A DNA stretch of 64,000 nucleotides from Macrostomum lignano (taxonomy: Eukaryota): the NCBI GenBank assembly GCA_002269645.1, contig NIVC01003033.1:1-64000 (forward strand), given 5' to 3'. Below, piece by piece: positions 1-9,619 of the stretch; within the stretch, counting starts at the first letter, position 1; each line of letters starts with the position of its first letter. Under the pieces are notes generated by a model that saw only the letters and a list, made by a program, of their open reading frames with translations, did no database searches and had not been told where the DNA came from. Position numbers and translations under genes: made by a program.

Positions 1-656
1 GACAGGTCGTACAGTGGCTTTGCTGTCTTTGCGAAGTTAGGTAAGAACTTCCTGAAGTATTGCGCAAGTCCAAGGAATGATTGGACCTTCGTTATACTGG
101 TTGGCGTAGGAAACTTCTTCACCTTTTCCACGTTGTCTGGGTCCGGTGAGATTCCTTTGGCTGTCACCTGATGTCCCAGGTAACGCACGTTGTCTCGGAA
201 GAATTTTGCATTTAGTTGGTTGTAGCTTCAGACCTTGGCGTTGAATGAGCGCTAGGGCCTTCTCCGTAGCTTCGTAGAGTCGCTCGAAATCCTCTCCGTA
301 GGCTAAAATGTCGTCGACATAGTGCAGCAGTTCGTGCATCCTGCTAGCATGTATGCTGTTAGTCGACTCATCGTTGCTGGGCTGTTGCTAAGTCCCATCG
401 GCGATCGATTGTACTCGTATACTTGTCCATTGTAGGTTTTGAAAGCCGTGTACTGTCGTGACTCTTTCTCGATTTCAATTTGCCAAAATCCATGACGTAG
501 GTCGAACACCGTGAACAATTTTGCCGTGTTGAGCTTTGCTAGTAGTTCGGAGATCTTCGGTAGCTTTGCTGATCCGTCGGTATGTACTTGTTCAACAGTC
601 TGAAGTCGCATACGAGTCGTCTTTCGTTTGTCTCCTTCTTCTGTACCAGTAGGCAC
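1..656 (-). pseudogene. Reverse transcriptase of element A, split by frameshifts
   Basis: Fragments 303-656 (FTVFDLRHGFWQI, YEYNRSPMGLSNSPAT) and 37-339 (YVDDILAY, LKLQPTKC) are Gypsy RT motifs in successive frames. Confidence 0.9.
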
Positions 657-3498
657 GGTGAGGAGTAAGCGAAATAGCTTTGCTGATGATGCCGTGCTTT
701 AGCATTTTATCGATGATTTCGTCAAAGTGTTGTTGCAGATGCTTGGCGATCGGGTACGGCTTGCACTGAATTGGTTCCGTGTGCGGCAGAAGTTTGATTT
801 CCTGTTTGATGTCCTTGGCTCGTCCGATGTCGTAATCATGATGGCAGAAGGCTTCGTTGTACTTCCACAACAGCTGTCGAACTTTCCTCTTTTGCTGTTC
901 CGTAATCGGGCTGTCATCCAAATTGATCTTCTTTTGAAATTCTTCCTCTGTTAGTCGTGGAGTCGCTTGTTCAATCAGCATAACCGATGCTTGGGTGTTG
1001 AGATGACCGATGCACATTCCTTGTCGTAGATGAACCGTTTCTGTGTTCGGGTTGAAGATTTGTACTGGCAGTTGCTTATCCTTTGCAACCAGCACTAGTG
1101 CCGTAGGCATCATGATTTGATGTTTTGCCGTGACTCTCCTGTGTGGATCAAATATCATTGCTTCATCTGCCGCGCTGGTCGTTTTCGCTCTGACCCAGCA
1201 TGCGCTTTCAGGCTGGATAATGACATCTTGCTGCAGAGTTACTTTCGGTAGTACTCGAATCTGGTTGATCAGCGGTTGCTCCACCGTGTCGATCCTAAAC
1301 GTTTGCTTGTTGAAGTCGAAGGTCAATGGTAGTTGAAGCTGCTTGAACGTGTCGATTCCAACGATGACGTCTTGGTTTGGTAGTCTGTCGATGATGTACG
1401 TCGGGACCGTCAGCTGTTTATTAGCAATTTTCAAGTCGATATCTGCTTTTCCTAGGATGTTGAGTGAATGTCCTCCTGCTCCTGCAACTGCGATTGCTGC
1501 TGGTCGTACCGCGAGTCGTAGCTTGTTGCATAATTGTTGCGAGATGACTGTGATCGAGCTGCCTGAATCCAGTAGTGCTCGACATGGCAAGTTGTTGACA
1601 ATGACCTGAGCCATTGCTTTGCCAATCTCGGCGTGTAGCGTACAGACGTAGTTTTCCGGCCATTTTGGCTCGTGCTGTTCTGCTTGATAGTTGGGTGGTT
1701 GTATCCTTGGTGCCGTTGGTGTTGTCGGAATCGATGGATATAGCCGCGTTGCTAGTGTCGGTTGCCCTTGAACCTCACAATGTGCAGTTTCTGTTAGTTC
1801 TAAACTGTTGTCGCTTTCCGTTGTCGTTCTTTGCATTATGGCATTCACTGTCTTCTTAGCTCTTGGACAAGTTTGACTGAAGCACCGTACGATCGATGAA
1901 ATGATGAAGATTGCCGTGACAATCCACACAATGCAAGCACCGTAGAAGATGAATCCTTGATAGAGACTGCCTCTTCCATTGAGCAGCTCCCAGAAGCTAT
2001 TTGTCCAAAATGATTTGATGGCGCTGTCCATTGAAACAAGGACGGGAAATCTTCCTGTCCCGGTTCCTTTGTCCTTTCTTGTGAACAGCTGGTGAATCAT
2101 CTTGCGTTGGGTGATGAACGCTTGCAAGAAGTCGTTGATCGTCCATCCTGGTGTTATCTCGTCAAGTTGGATATCGGCGAATGGCGTATACTTCGTTCTG
2201 TTGAATCGGATTTTCAAATCCTCCATGTCGTAGTTTTCGTCGACGATTACTTCCGGTTCTGTGACGTTTGCTGTCGTTCCAGTTGTTTTGATGACGTGTA
2301 GTGCATTGTCCAGTTGATAGTAGTTTACTGCCGTGGTGCAAGGTCTCGGTATTGCGGTGCCAACGATGATGTTGTGTACCGTGTCCAAGAATCCCTGAAT
2401 TCGTTTTCCTTCGTAGAACGCTTCAATCCTTGGCTTATCGTAGCAGGTTGTTGACGTGTTTGACGGCAAGATGTTAAAGTGCTGTATCGGCGTGCACTTG
2501 TATATCAACAGATGCTCGTATATTGGAACTGCCAAAACGTTCGTCATTCCGGTGATTTTACGAAAAGTCATCGTAGGGTTGACATAGTAGTTTTGTCTGG
2601 CATAATTTAAGTTGATTGCGTGCATTTTGCAAGTTAGCTGGACCAGTGTTCGATGCAAGTGGTTTAACTGGTTGTGTAGATTGTGATCCAAAGCCGTTAT
2701 CTTTGCTGACAACAGCCGGTTTGACACCAGTTTGGGACGTTCGATGTCACGTCGTCTTCTATTCTGTTTTTCTTGTTGCTGATACGTTCCATTGATGATT
2801 GCCAAGAAGGTTTGTTTGTCTTCATCCTTTACGTAGACTGGTATCTCTTGTTCCGAGATGAATAGTGTCTTGTCTGTATCCTTGCATTTCAGTTTTTGCT
2901 CGACTGGTTTCTTTTGAAACGTCAGTGCCAAGTCTCCTGACTTTGCCAAAAACGTATTCGACAGTAGTCCTCCTTCAACTGTGTGATACTTTTGAAGCTT
3001 GCAGTCAATTTCCGGCTCTACTTCCCATGCGAAGAAATATTGTCGTGAATTGTACGGTTCCTCATAGTGTGATTGTGCTCTGTGCTCAATCTGCCATCGA
3101 TAGTCTTGATGATATGTTGGACTCAGTGGTAGACTGTGTAGTTCTTCCTTCCGTAGAATCGGCGTTGGACACCATCCTTCACTGTATCGACATTCGCTTA
3201 GTTGCAGCTGTAACGATTCCATTTTCTCGTACGGATTGTAGTAGAATGGAATATTTCTGATCAAGTAGCTGTTGCGTGCCATATATTCTTTCCATTTTCC
3301 GAAGAAGTGAATATATCGACCGTTGGCTGAATTCTTTGTTCTGAACAGCTGTGCGTTGCCGACCTTCTCATCTGGTTCCAGTTCACCATCCTTTGAAAAT
3401 AGTGTTTGATTCCATTGTAGGCATTCCGCGTGCGACACATGTAGCTCATGTTGTTTAAATCGGATCCGGTTCCATTGTCCGCGCCAAACTTTTTCCAC
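592..3498 (-). CDS. gB-like class III fusion protein ectodomain + TM + retropepsin + start of RT, in one ORF
   Basis: VEKVWRGQW, NRRRRD furin-like site, LTCKMH...VNPTMTFRKITG...KCTPI, CYDKPRIEAFYEG..QGFLD...PRPC, TM at about 1890-1965, then ALLDSGSSIT and EIKLLPHTEPIQCKPYPI. Confidence 0.88.
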   Translation of the reverse strand: MEKVWRGQWNRIRFKQHELHVSHAECLQWNQTLFSKDGELEPDEKVGNAQLFRTKNSANGRYIHFFGKWKEYMARNSYLIRNIPFYYNPYEKMESLQLQLSECRYSEGWCPTPILRKEELHSLPLSPTYHQDYRWQIEHRAQSHYEEPYNSRQYFFAWEVEPEIDCKLQKYHTVEGGLLSNTFLAKSGDLALTFQKKPVEQKLKCKDTDKTLFISEQEIPVYVKDEDKQTFLAIINGTYQQQEKQNRRRRDIERPKLVSNRLLSAKITALDHNLHNQLNHLHRTLVQLTCKMHAINLNYARQNYYVNPTMTFRKITGMTNVLAVPIYEHLLIYKCTPIQHFNILPSNTSTTCYDKPRIEAFYEGKRIQGFLDTVHNIIVGTAIPRPCTTAVNYYQLDNALHVIKTTGTTANVTEPEVIVDENYDMEDLKIRFNRTKYTPFADIQLDEITPGWTINDFLQAFITQRKMIHQLFTRKDKGTGTGRFPVLVSMDSAIKSFWTNSFWELLNGRGSLYQGFIFYGACIVWIVTAIFIISSIVRCFSQTCPRAKKTVNAIMQRTTTESDNSLELTETAHCEVQGQPTLATRLYPSIPTTPTAPRIQPPNYQAEQHEPKWPENYVCTLHAEIGKAMAQVIVNNLPCRALLDSGSSITVISQQLCNKLRLAVRPAAIAVAGAGGHSLNILGKADIDLKIANKQLTVPTYIIDRLPNQDVIVGIDTFKQLQLPLTFDFNKQTFRIDTVEQPLINQIRVLPKVTLQQDVIIQPESACWVRAKTTSAADEAMIFDPHRRVTAKHQIMMPTALVLVAKDKQLPVQIFNPNTETVHLRQGMCIGHLNTQASVMLIEQATPRLTEEEFQKKINLDDSPITEQQKRKVRQLLWKYNEAFCHHDYDIGRAKDIKQEIKLLPHTEPIQCKPYPIAKHLQQHFDEIIDKMLKHGIISKAISLTPHRAYWYRRRRQTKDDSYATSDC

Positions 3499-3521
3499 CA
3501 GGTGCTTGTCTCTGAAGCATA

Positions 3522-5600
3522 CTATCCGTGTTGTCGATGCTTCTTGATGTTAGCCTTGTAGAGATCGAGTGTAATCTTCTTTGGTTTTGTCTGGTTTGTC
3601 TTGAAGTAACTGCATTTGATGTCGGTTGGTATCTTGTAGATCATCGGTTGGATATGCGCATCCGTTGGACAAATCATTGGCTTTTCCGTTGCCGTTGCTT
3701 TGGCGACTACTGCTATCAGTAGTATCACGATGATCCAGAATAGCCAGTTTTTCCACTTCTTGGATTTTGCCGTTGTCCTTGCTGGCATTGGCTGCGATCG
3801 CCATTCGTTATCTTCCATGTCCGCATCATATTCTTTCGGTTGTTCCATTGGCTGATCCAGGCGGAAGGCTTCTGATTCGCTTTGCTTTTTGGTTATTTCA
3901 TTATCTTCGTCTGCGGCTTCTTCCGATGTTTCCGTTGTTTCACTCCATTGCGTTTGGTATCTTTTCTCTGTCTTGTAGTCGACCGTTTGAATATAGGCTT
4001 CACCATTTCGTTTGTATCGGATCTCGTAGCATTCGTCGCTGTCGGAACTCGGCTTTTCTTTCACCTGTTCTTTTTCCATTTCTTCATCTTTCCATTGTAT
4101 TTCGTAGCCTTGATCGCTGTCGGAACTTAGATTCTCCGCTCTCGGTTCTTCCTGCATTCCTCTTTCGGCTTGGTAGTCGTTCGTGTCATCACGCACCTCG
4201 CAGTCGTGGTCGTTGCCGTAACTTCTACATTCTTCTTCTTCTTTCATTTCTTTGTCTTTCATGCTCGTTTTGTCGTCATCCACTGTTGTCGATTCATAGT
4301 TGTTTTCTTCGCCGGTTTTCATCTTTTCTTCGTTGCCGATGTCGCTCTCCGCCTCCTCCCTTGTCTTGTGATTTACTTTCTTCCTGTTTTCTCTGCTGTC
4401 TCCGGTGGTCTCTTTTAATTTGATCATTTCGGTTTCATTCGTCTCTTCTGTGTTGTCAGTGTTGTCCTCGTGCGTCGTCTTCTTTTCGATCAAGCTGATG
4501 TCAAGTTCCGGGACTGTGAAGTCCATTTCCAAGTCGTCAATTGTGAACACTTGCTGTTCTTGCTGTTCATTTTCCGGTGTGTACGTGATGGCATTCGCGT
4601 ATCGTGGCATTGCTTGCGTCGGCTGTCTTTGTGTGTATCTGACGTTGCGTGGCCTGTAGCCATTACTTCTGAAGCGGCCTTCGTTTCCGAAGCGGCCATC
4701 ATTTCCGGAGCGGTCATTATTTCCGAAGCGTCTATCATTTCCGAAGCGTCTCATTCCTTGTTGTTGGCGATTTTGATAGTGCTGCCATGGTTTCTGCGGC
4801 TTCTGATTGTTGAATATCTGTCGCGGCTTGTCGTATCTTGTTGACCAATGAGGACAATTAATCTGATAATGTCCTTCTTGTCCGCAGTAGTAACATCTGG
4901 CTGAGGCTTGTTCATTTCGTCTTTTTTGTTCGGCGATAGCAGCTGTCTGGTGCTGCATTAACTTGTTTAGTTGCTGCGTCAGTTTCTGCACTTCATTGTT
5001 GCCTGTCGTCATTAATGGGGCACTGGCTTCCCATTGCATTCCGCAACGCAAAAGGTCTTCTTCGGTTTCGATATTTTCACGCAAAAGTCTATCCCGAAGT
5101 GACGGCTGTGCGTTGTTTATTACGTGCAGGATGAGGTTTTGTTCACGATCCATCAATCGTTGTCTTTCTCTGGCGGCCAATTCTGCCGCTCCCAGTGGTG
5201 GTTGGTCCGCAGCTTGCAGCGGTGGCTGATGCAGTGCCTTAATTATCTGGCGGATATCGTCCACAAAGGCGAGGAAGGATTCTGTTGCTTGCATCCTTCT
5301 GTTATGCAACTTGTGCAGCAGCACTGATCTGTTTGTGCCGCAACGGTTGAAATGCGCGCGCAGTTGAATGATTAGTGCTGGATAATTTTGCTGTGTTGCC
5401 GCATCCAGCTTGCCGTAAATTTCTCGCGCAGTACCTTGGAGAAGAGGTGGCAGCAGCTGTGCCTTCTCTGGATTTTGTAGGTTGTATTCCCTACATACCA
5501 GGTCAAAATGGTCGACAAATGTGTTAAAATCTTTCTCCATCGAGAAAGTACCGACCGTTTCTTTGATGTCTCTGTGTACCGTTGGATTGCGCCGCGCCAT
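3522..5600 (-). CDS. gag: Gag (capsid, CX2CX4HX4C knuckle) + long acidic linker + internal signal peptide and first ~50 aa of env
   Basis: CYYCGQEGHYQINC; E/D-rich linker; KKWKNWLFWIIVILLIAVVAKATAT followed by ICP...C...LYKANI. Confidence 0.88.
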   Translation of the reverse strand: MARRNPTVHRDIKETVGTFSMEKDFNTFVDHFDLVCREYNLQNPEKAQLLPPLLQGTAREIYGKLDAATQQNYPALIIQLRAHFNRCGTNRSVLLHKLHNRRMQATESFLAFVDDIRQIIKALHQPPLQAADQPPLGAAELAARERQRLMDREQNLILHVINNAQPSLRDRLLRENIETEEDLLRCGMQWEASAPLMTTGNNEVQKLTQQLNKLMQHQTAAIAEQKRRNEQASARCYYCGQEGHYQINCPHWSTRYDKPRQIFNNQKPQKPWQHYQNRQQQGMRRFGNDRRFGNNDRSGNDGRFGNEGRFRSNGYRPRNVRYTQRQPTQAMPRYANAITYTPENEQQEQQVFTIDDLEMDFTVPELDISLIEKKTTHEDNTDNTEETNETEMIKLKETTGDSRENRKKVNHKTREEAESDIGNEEKMKTGEENNYESTTVDDDKTSMKDKEMKEEEECRSYGNDHDCEVRDDTNDYQAERGMQEEPRAENLSSDSDQGYEIQWKDEEMEKEQVKEKPSSDSDECYEIRYKRNGEAYIQTVDYKTEKRYQTQWSETTETSEEAADEDNEITKKQSESEAFRLDQPMEQPKEYDADMEDNEWRSQPMPARTTAKSKKWKNWLFWIIVILLIAVVAKATATEKPMICPTDAHIQPMIYKIPTDIKCSYFKTNQTKPKKITLDLYKANIKKHRQHG

Positions 5601-6300
5601 GTTGTTGATAGGGTAGAACGGTAGTTCAAGATCTGGATCGATTTGTAACGGATCGTCCAGTGTGGTGTTTGCCTCGGAATAAACCTCGACTGTAACGAAT
5701 TGCCTTGTGGTGTCGATTTGTTATTCGCTGGCCTCGGATGCGGTGTGGCTTGCTGCCACTGGTTGTCCTCAAATGAACTTGTTCTGTTCGCTTGCTGATT
5801 TCGCACTTATGCGGCGTCCCGCAAAGTGTATCTTCAAGTTGAAGTGGACTTGTCTTCTTGCTTTGCAAAGTCTTTCTTCTCTTCTTTGACTCTCTCTCTT
5901 TTGTCAATTAACTCTGCTCTCCACGAAGTTTCAATTAATTTCGGTTTTGTTTTAGTTTTTGTGCCGGCAAAATGTTTCAGTTATTTTTTGTTTGTTGTGC
6001 GTCAACGATTATTTTTATTTTTGGTTTGTTTTCAGTGTACCGACGAAGTTAATTTCGGTTTTGTTTTAAACTCACACTTGCTCGAGCTCGTCAAAACAAA
6101 ATTTTAACACGCGTGCTCAAACTGTACTCAAATTTGACAGGTGCTCAAACCTGTACACCAATTTTTACTCGAGTTTCAAAACGTAACGGACTTAAAAAGT
6201 GTTAACTCTAACACGTGCGCGCAAAATTAATGAAGTCGCTCTGTCGTCACTTTACAATAGCTTGGCCAGGCTATTGCTCAAGGTTTGAGTAGTGCCGAGA

Positions 6301-6314
6301 GGGCGAGATCACCA
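6301..6314 (-). promoter_or_regulatory. Primer-binding site of element A (probably tRNA-Val)
   Basis: Minus strand reads LTR ...ACATCA-AT-TGGTGATCTCGCCC; complement GGGCGAGATCACCA resembles tRNA-Val 3' ends (tRNA identity is inference). Confidence 0.7.
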
Positions 6315-6316
6315 AT

Positions 6317-7180
6317 TGATGTGTTCCTTATTACCCGACTTTCGATAATCAAGGAACAATCACTTCTAGCTCAACAGCTAGGCAACCCAGTAAGTCAAAC
6401 GAAGGTATTCAATTACCTTTAATCCGGATTTGAATTTCTTGAGTAGTTCTCGCTAGGAACTTGTCAGTAGATCTCGTAGATCAGGCGCCTTGATTCTTCA
6501 GTTGCTCTGGTCCTGGTTCCTCTTGTACTTCCGATAAGTTCTTCCGGCCGGTATCTTCCGTCAGGACCAATCAGAGGCCTCGTAGCAACAATGGGTACCC
6601 TGCGCCAAACTGCGGTCTAAATTAAGCCTCCTTCTTCTAGCAGTGCCTCTATGCACTCTAGGTATAGCTCCGGAAACCACTGATAGTCCTCTAAGATCTA
6701 TCAGGGGCAGTCCTTCTGGAGACTGCAACCAATGGAGTCTAAACAGACTCAAGAGTCTCAACAGACTCAATTAGACTCAAGTCTCAATAGACTTGAGCGA
6801 GACGTCTCTAACACAACGGGCGCAAATAAGGAAGGCTTACCGCAACAACTCGACCGAGTCTCGATTGACTTGGTAGATCAGGAAGTCCTCCTAAGGCTTC
6901 CTCTTCGGAGCGCTCCTCTTCCGTGGGGAGAATGGCTCCGGTACCGCTTCAGATCGCTTGTATTTATAGACAAGTTTTTGATCCAAAATAGTATCATGAC
7001 AATTCACGTGTTGCGCTAAAAGGGGAAAATGGCTCATGGCGTATTATTCTGGTAACATCTTTTTCTGGTAGCGTGATTCATTCAAAGCTTAGGCGCACAT
7101 GCGTGTACTTACTTACTTATAGTAGTATTATACGATTATCTTCTTTTTTCCTTTTTTAACGGGAGGTAGAACACTCTACA
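6317..7180 (-). repeat. 5' LTR of element A (~864 bp)
   Basis: Begins TGTAGAG on minus, ends CA before the PBS; TATAAATA at 6961-6968 (minus); 6385-6970 aligns with 38200-38785. Confidence 0.88.
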
Positions 7181-8453
7181 CGAGTCCAGACGAAAACACC
7201 TCCGGGTAAGCCTCAAAGATGGATTTTGGTGAAAAGGTGCTTCCAATTTCAGCCACGTGGACAACCTTCTGCCAATCCAGCTTAAGGATATTCAGCCAGT
7301 CCCTTCCTAGCAAATTCGATCCGTTGCCCTTAACCACCAAAACTTTCAGCTTATGCTGCAGTCCTCCATGAGTGACTTCGACTAGAGCTTCACCGAGCGT
7401 CGGAATTGCATGGTTCGAGTAACTAAACAGTCGCGTTGACGTCTTGCTCAGCTCCAACCCAATATCCTTGTAGCAATGCTCGTTGATTAGCGTTCTGTCG
7501 GCTCCTGTATCGATGTTGAACTCAACATTTGTACCTTGCAGCTTGATCACACACCTGTATGGAGAGCTGACAGTTGAAATGTCGCAGTCGCACCAACGAA
7601 CAGTTTGTATTTCGCCACTTGATCCTTCACTATCAGATTCAGAGTCTTCAGCCATTACTGCTCTTGTCTTCTTGCAGAATCCAGGTTTATTTCGTATATG
7701 CCTATGTCTGCTGGCACTTTCGTTTGAGGTCTTCGTTCGGCATGCGCGTTCGTGATGTCCCTGCTTGGAACACTTTGAGCAAACCTTTTCTCGAAATGGA
7801 CAACTCTTGGCCCAATGGTCAGTTCCATGGCAACGATCGCATCCACTCTTGGCACTGCGTCCGGCTTTGTCAAACTTTGTACTTTGACTAAGCTTAGGTC
7901 GGCTACCTTTGGACAAGTTGATGGTATGTACAGACGACCCAGCTATAGCAGTGACCCCTCGATCAGCAGTCTCCATAGCTGTTGCTAGAGTCAGAGCTGT
8001 ATCCAGTGTGAGCTTGTCCTCTTGGAGCAGCCGCTGTTGAATTAGTTTGTTTCGAATGCCGCAGACGAGTCGATCTCTCAATGCATCATCTAGGAACTTA
8101 TCGAATTCGCAGGTTGATGCCAGCTTCCTCAGACCCACTAAGTAATCGCTTACAGTCTCACCTTCATTCTGGTTGCGATGGTAGAAGTTGTATCTCTCCA
8201 CAATGAGTTTCTTCTTTGGAGCAAAGTAATCCCGCAGCGCTTTCTGAAGAGTTGCGTACGTTTCGTCCTTGGGCTTCTTAGGAGACACCAGATCTCGAAG
8301 CAGCGCGTAGCAGTCATCACCGATTGCTGTGATCATTGTAGCCCGCTTTTTGGCCTCGTCTTCAATCTTCTCCAGGATGAACAACTGCTCCAGTCGCTCC
8401 TCGTAGGCTTCCCATTTGTCTGGCTGGTCTGTGGAGAATTCGCTGATTTTCAT
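7181..8453 (-). CDS. Gag-protease of Mag-like Gypsy element B, truncated by insertion of A at the start of RT
   Basis: WEAYEERLEQLF, ERYNFYHRNQNEGETVSDY, LRDRLVCGI, two Zn knuckles, FNIDTGAD, NLLGRDWL, YPEVF; stop codon comes from the LTR of A. Confidence 0.92.
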
Positions 8454-8464
8454 CCTCGTCGCCA
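8451..8464 (-). promoter_or_regulatory. PBS of element B (tRNA-Ser GCU type)
   Basis: Plus strand CATCCTCGTCGCCA matches the metazoan tRNA-Ser(GCU) 3' end; 1 nt from the LTR end; overlaps the gag ATG. Confidence 0.8.
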
Positions 8465-8465
8465 T

Positions 8466-8667
8466 TGTTACGTCCTTGCACAAATCACGTAGTCACTAAG
8501 TAAAGCAACTTAGAAGTTTAGTCAGCTCAAGGCTCTGGCTTTTACGCCGTGTGTATTTCTCGCACGTTAGCGTCTAACTTAGCGAACTGTCTCTCTTTTA
8601 ATCCAGCTCAACTTCAGCTCGCAGTCTGGCCCATAGACATAGTTCGTACTAAAAGGCATACATATCA
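8466..8667 (-). repeat. Short 5' LTR of element B (~200 bp)
   Basis: TGTTAC start on plus adjacent to the PBS; CA end at 8662 or 8667 (exact end ambiguous); second LTR not in window. Confidence 0.65.
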
Positions 8668-8915
8668 AAAATCTCCCATGTTTACAAAAAACTCGTCCCG
8701 AGTTTTACACATAAGAAGGCTTTCGAGGTAAAAGTTTCAGGTATCTTGAAATATTTGTTCAGGGAGTATATATATTTTTTAAATCTGCGAACTGTACAGT
8801 ATGTACTTGTTAGTAAGGCTTAATACTATCCGCATCTATCTACAGTTATGTCCAGTAAAATGCATCTGGCCGTCCGTTCACATACGCCTGCCTGCCGAAT
8901 GCGCCGCCGAGACGT

Positions 8916-9551
8916 TCAGCCGAAGCTTATCTGGAGCAGGGTGCCGATCTGCTGTTCGGTTCGCACAGCTAGGCACGCCACTGCCCAGTACAACGGCTGA
9001 AACCGTACGAAGCGAGTGTCCTCCGTCCGCTCCAGCAGCTGCAAGTAGGCGTCGATGGCGGTGAGACCGGGTTGATGTCTCGCCAGGTCTCTAGCTATGT
9101 CAAGCAGATGCCGCCACGCCGTCTGATGCTAGAGCGGCCACGGCCATGACCGCACAGCGATCGCCAGCTGCTCCAAGGTTAGGAGGTCCGGTTCGGTGAG
9201 CGACAACTCCGGCACTACCGCCATAGTAGCCAGCAGCAGTGCCGTGGAATGCATCACCGCCTCCAGACACACGGTGCACGTTTGGATATCTCGTGCACCG
9301 TACCTATGGAGACAGCCGGCACAGGCCCAGTGCCGACTTGGACAGATTTGGTACTGGGGCTGCTCGCCGCACAATGCACATGTGACCCTCGCCCTGCGAC
9401 ATGTTGGGCACGCCGACAGCATGGTGATCTCGCCGGTCAGCTGTCGGGCCGCGGTGTCGCAAGAGAGACACACTCGGTGTCCCCATTCGCAGGTCGGGAC
9501 CGTTTCGTCCCGCGTCTTCAGGCAGCAGGGGCAGGCGCCGTCAGCGTTCAT
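8916..9551 (-). pseudogene. Accessory tandem-RING ORF 'RING2', copy C1, one in-frame stop at 9129-9131
   Basis: CPCC..CEWGHRVCLSC..CPTC and CALC..CPSRHWACAGC..CTVC; reading past the TAG gives HQTAWRHLL...QISFG*, collinear with 12155-12793. Confidence 0.85.
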
Positions 9552-9619
9552 CTGTGGGTTGTAGGGTCATGATTTATTAGTACATCCTTCATAGTGCTTG
9601 CATTTGTGCGTAACAGAGC

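Larger units (their letters stand above)
1..7180 (-). mobile_element. Ty3/Gypsy LTR retrotransposon A (5' LTR-PBS-gag-env-PR-RT; 3' part beyond left edge)
   Basis: LTR with TG...CA ends, PBS, gag with CCHC knuckle, gB-like env, DSG protease, RT with YVDD; inserted into the ORF of element B at 7180/7181. Confidence 0.93.

Noticed and set aside
3515-3550. Programmed -1 ribosomal frameshift between gag and env-pol
   Set aside because: The shift falls about 50 aa inside the gB-like homology, and the overlap (AAC ATC AAG AAG CAT CGA CAA CAC GGA TAG) has no X XXY YYZ slippery heptamer; a mutation or assembly indel is more likely.
6561-6770. ORF MSLLRLLSLFRLHWLQ conserved in LTR A and LTR D (38404-38589)
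   Set aside because: Explained by nucleotide identity of R/U5; stop positions differ and it overlaps the hairpin region.
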